Positions 63,224-64,000 of a DNA stretch of 64,000 bases are shown here, piece by piece. The position numbers were made by a program, and so were the translations under genes. The first letter of the stretch is position 1. Every line of letters starts with the position of its first letter. The notes beneath the pieces were generated by a model. The model was not told the DNA's origin. It saw only the letters and a list, made by a program, of their open reading frames with translations, and did not search any database. This DNA comes from Lama glama (Eukaryota): contig CM052816.1 of the NCBI GenBank assembly GCA_028534125.1, positions 47,928,001-47,992,000 of the forward strand, given 5' to 3'.

Positions 63224-64000
63224 ATATTCATGGTATGTGAAGACGCTTTTTACATTCTAAGAGAAGTGAAAACATTCTTTAACTTTATAGCATATAAATT
63301 TCTTTGGCCCAAGAGGCTACAAGAGTAGGAGCATTAAGAAAGCCAGGAAAGTTTTACTTCCCCACATTTATGATGGTTTAGCCTCCCCTGAATAATAAAA
63401 GGATTAAGGGCCAGACTAATCTGGCTGAAAAGGCATATATGTAAATGAAAATAGAAAAGATGAACTTGAAAATGTAGCCTGCATATATGTTTTGTCAGGC
63501 CAAGGATTTGGTATTGTATTCATCCAAAAACATGACAATGATTTTGGAGGACTTTTTATCTGAAAGTGTCTATGTATCAATTCAAATATTTCTAACAAGT
63601 GTCTGATAGGTTCAAATGTGAAGGGGGCTCAAAGCAGTAGTAAGTATCTAGTGAAGAAAAGGAATTTCCTTGGAATAAATTCTGAAAAAGCCATAGTCTC
63701 TGGAAGAGCCTGGGGATTCTGACTCCTTGAAGTCTGACACGATCTTAATATGATAAAGTAACTTAACCACATGGATCTGGCCTAGAATGTGCCCTAGGGG
63801 GACAAACATCTCCTTAGTCTTGACTTCTGCTGTCACCTTCACCATACTTTTCTCCAGTGATGACCTCCAGCAGCTGTCATTCAAACTGACTCTAAATTGG
63901 ACTTGGTATCTAAAGGACCAAGAAAAAGTTCTTTTTGTTTTCTTTTAAAGGATAAAGTAAAGCTCTCAAACTGAGGTTATATTATTACTTCATTAAGCGA

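Noticed and set aside
1..64000. Short ORFs (60-170 aa) in the six-frame track as host genes
   Set aside because: They have low-complexity F/L/I/K-rich composition typical of AT-rich non-coding DNA, many begin at non-ATG codons, many overlap repeats, and none resembles a protein I recognise except L1 and CR1 remnants.
1..64000. CRISPR-like or other regularly spaced repeat-spacer array
   Set aside because: None seen; only microsatellites and two- to five-copy local duplications.

Overview
AT-rich, CpG-poor mammalian non-coding DNA (intergenic or deep intron). It is almost certainly from a camelid (alpaca/llama/camel), judged from a Vic-1-type tRNA-derived SINE at 37.7-37.9 kb and camelid-type L1 3' ends. 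I cannot support any host protein-coding gene, RNA gene or CRISPR-like array. The ORF track is chance ORFs plus fragments of a decayed L1 ORF2. The window is a layered record of transposons: L1, L2, L3/CR1, MIR, MaLR and ERV1 solo LTRs, and hAT and Tigger DNA elements. Between them lie repeat-free, motif-rich blocks that could be enhancers. There is one 100-N assembly gap. The best observations are: (i) an exact 33-bp inverted copy of nearby unique DNA inserted inside an old L1, the signature of a templated insertion; (ii) that L1 is a twin-primed 5' inversion; (iii) an apparently near-full-length L3/CR1 fossil retaining ORF1, endonuclease and RT motifs; (iv) a clean ERV1-type solo LTR with promoter architecture; (v) a CpG-retaining, foldable 200-nt segment bounded by splice-like signals. 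I found no convincing new biological system. Repeat family names come from recalled consensus sequences, not from a search, and most old-repeat boundaries are approximate (about +/-30 bp).
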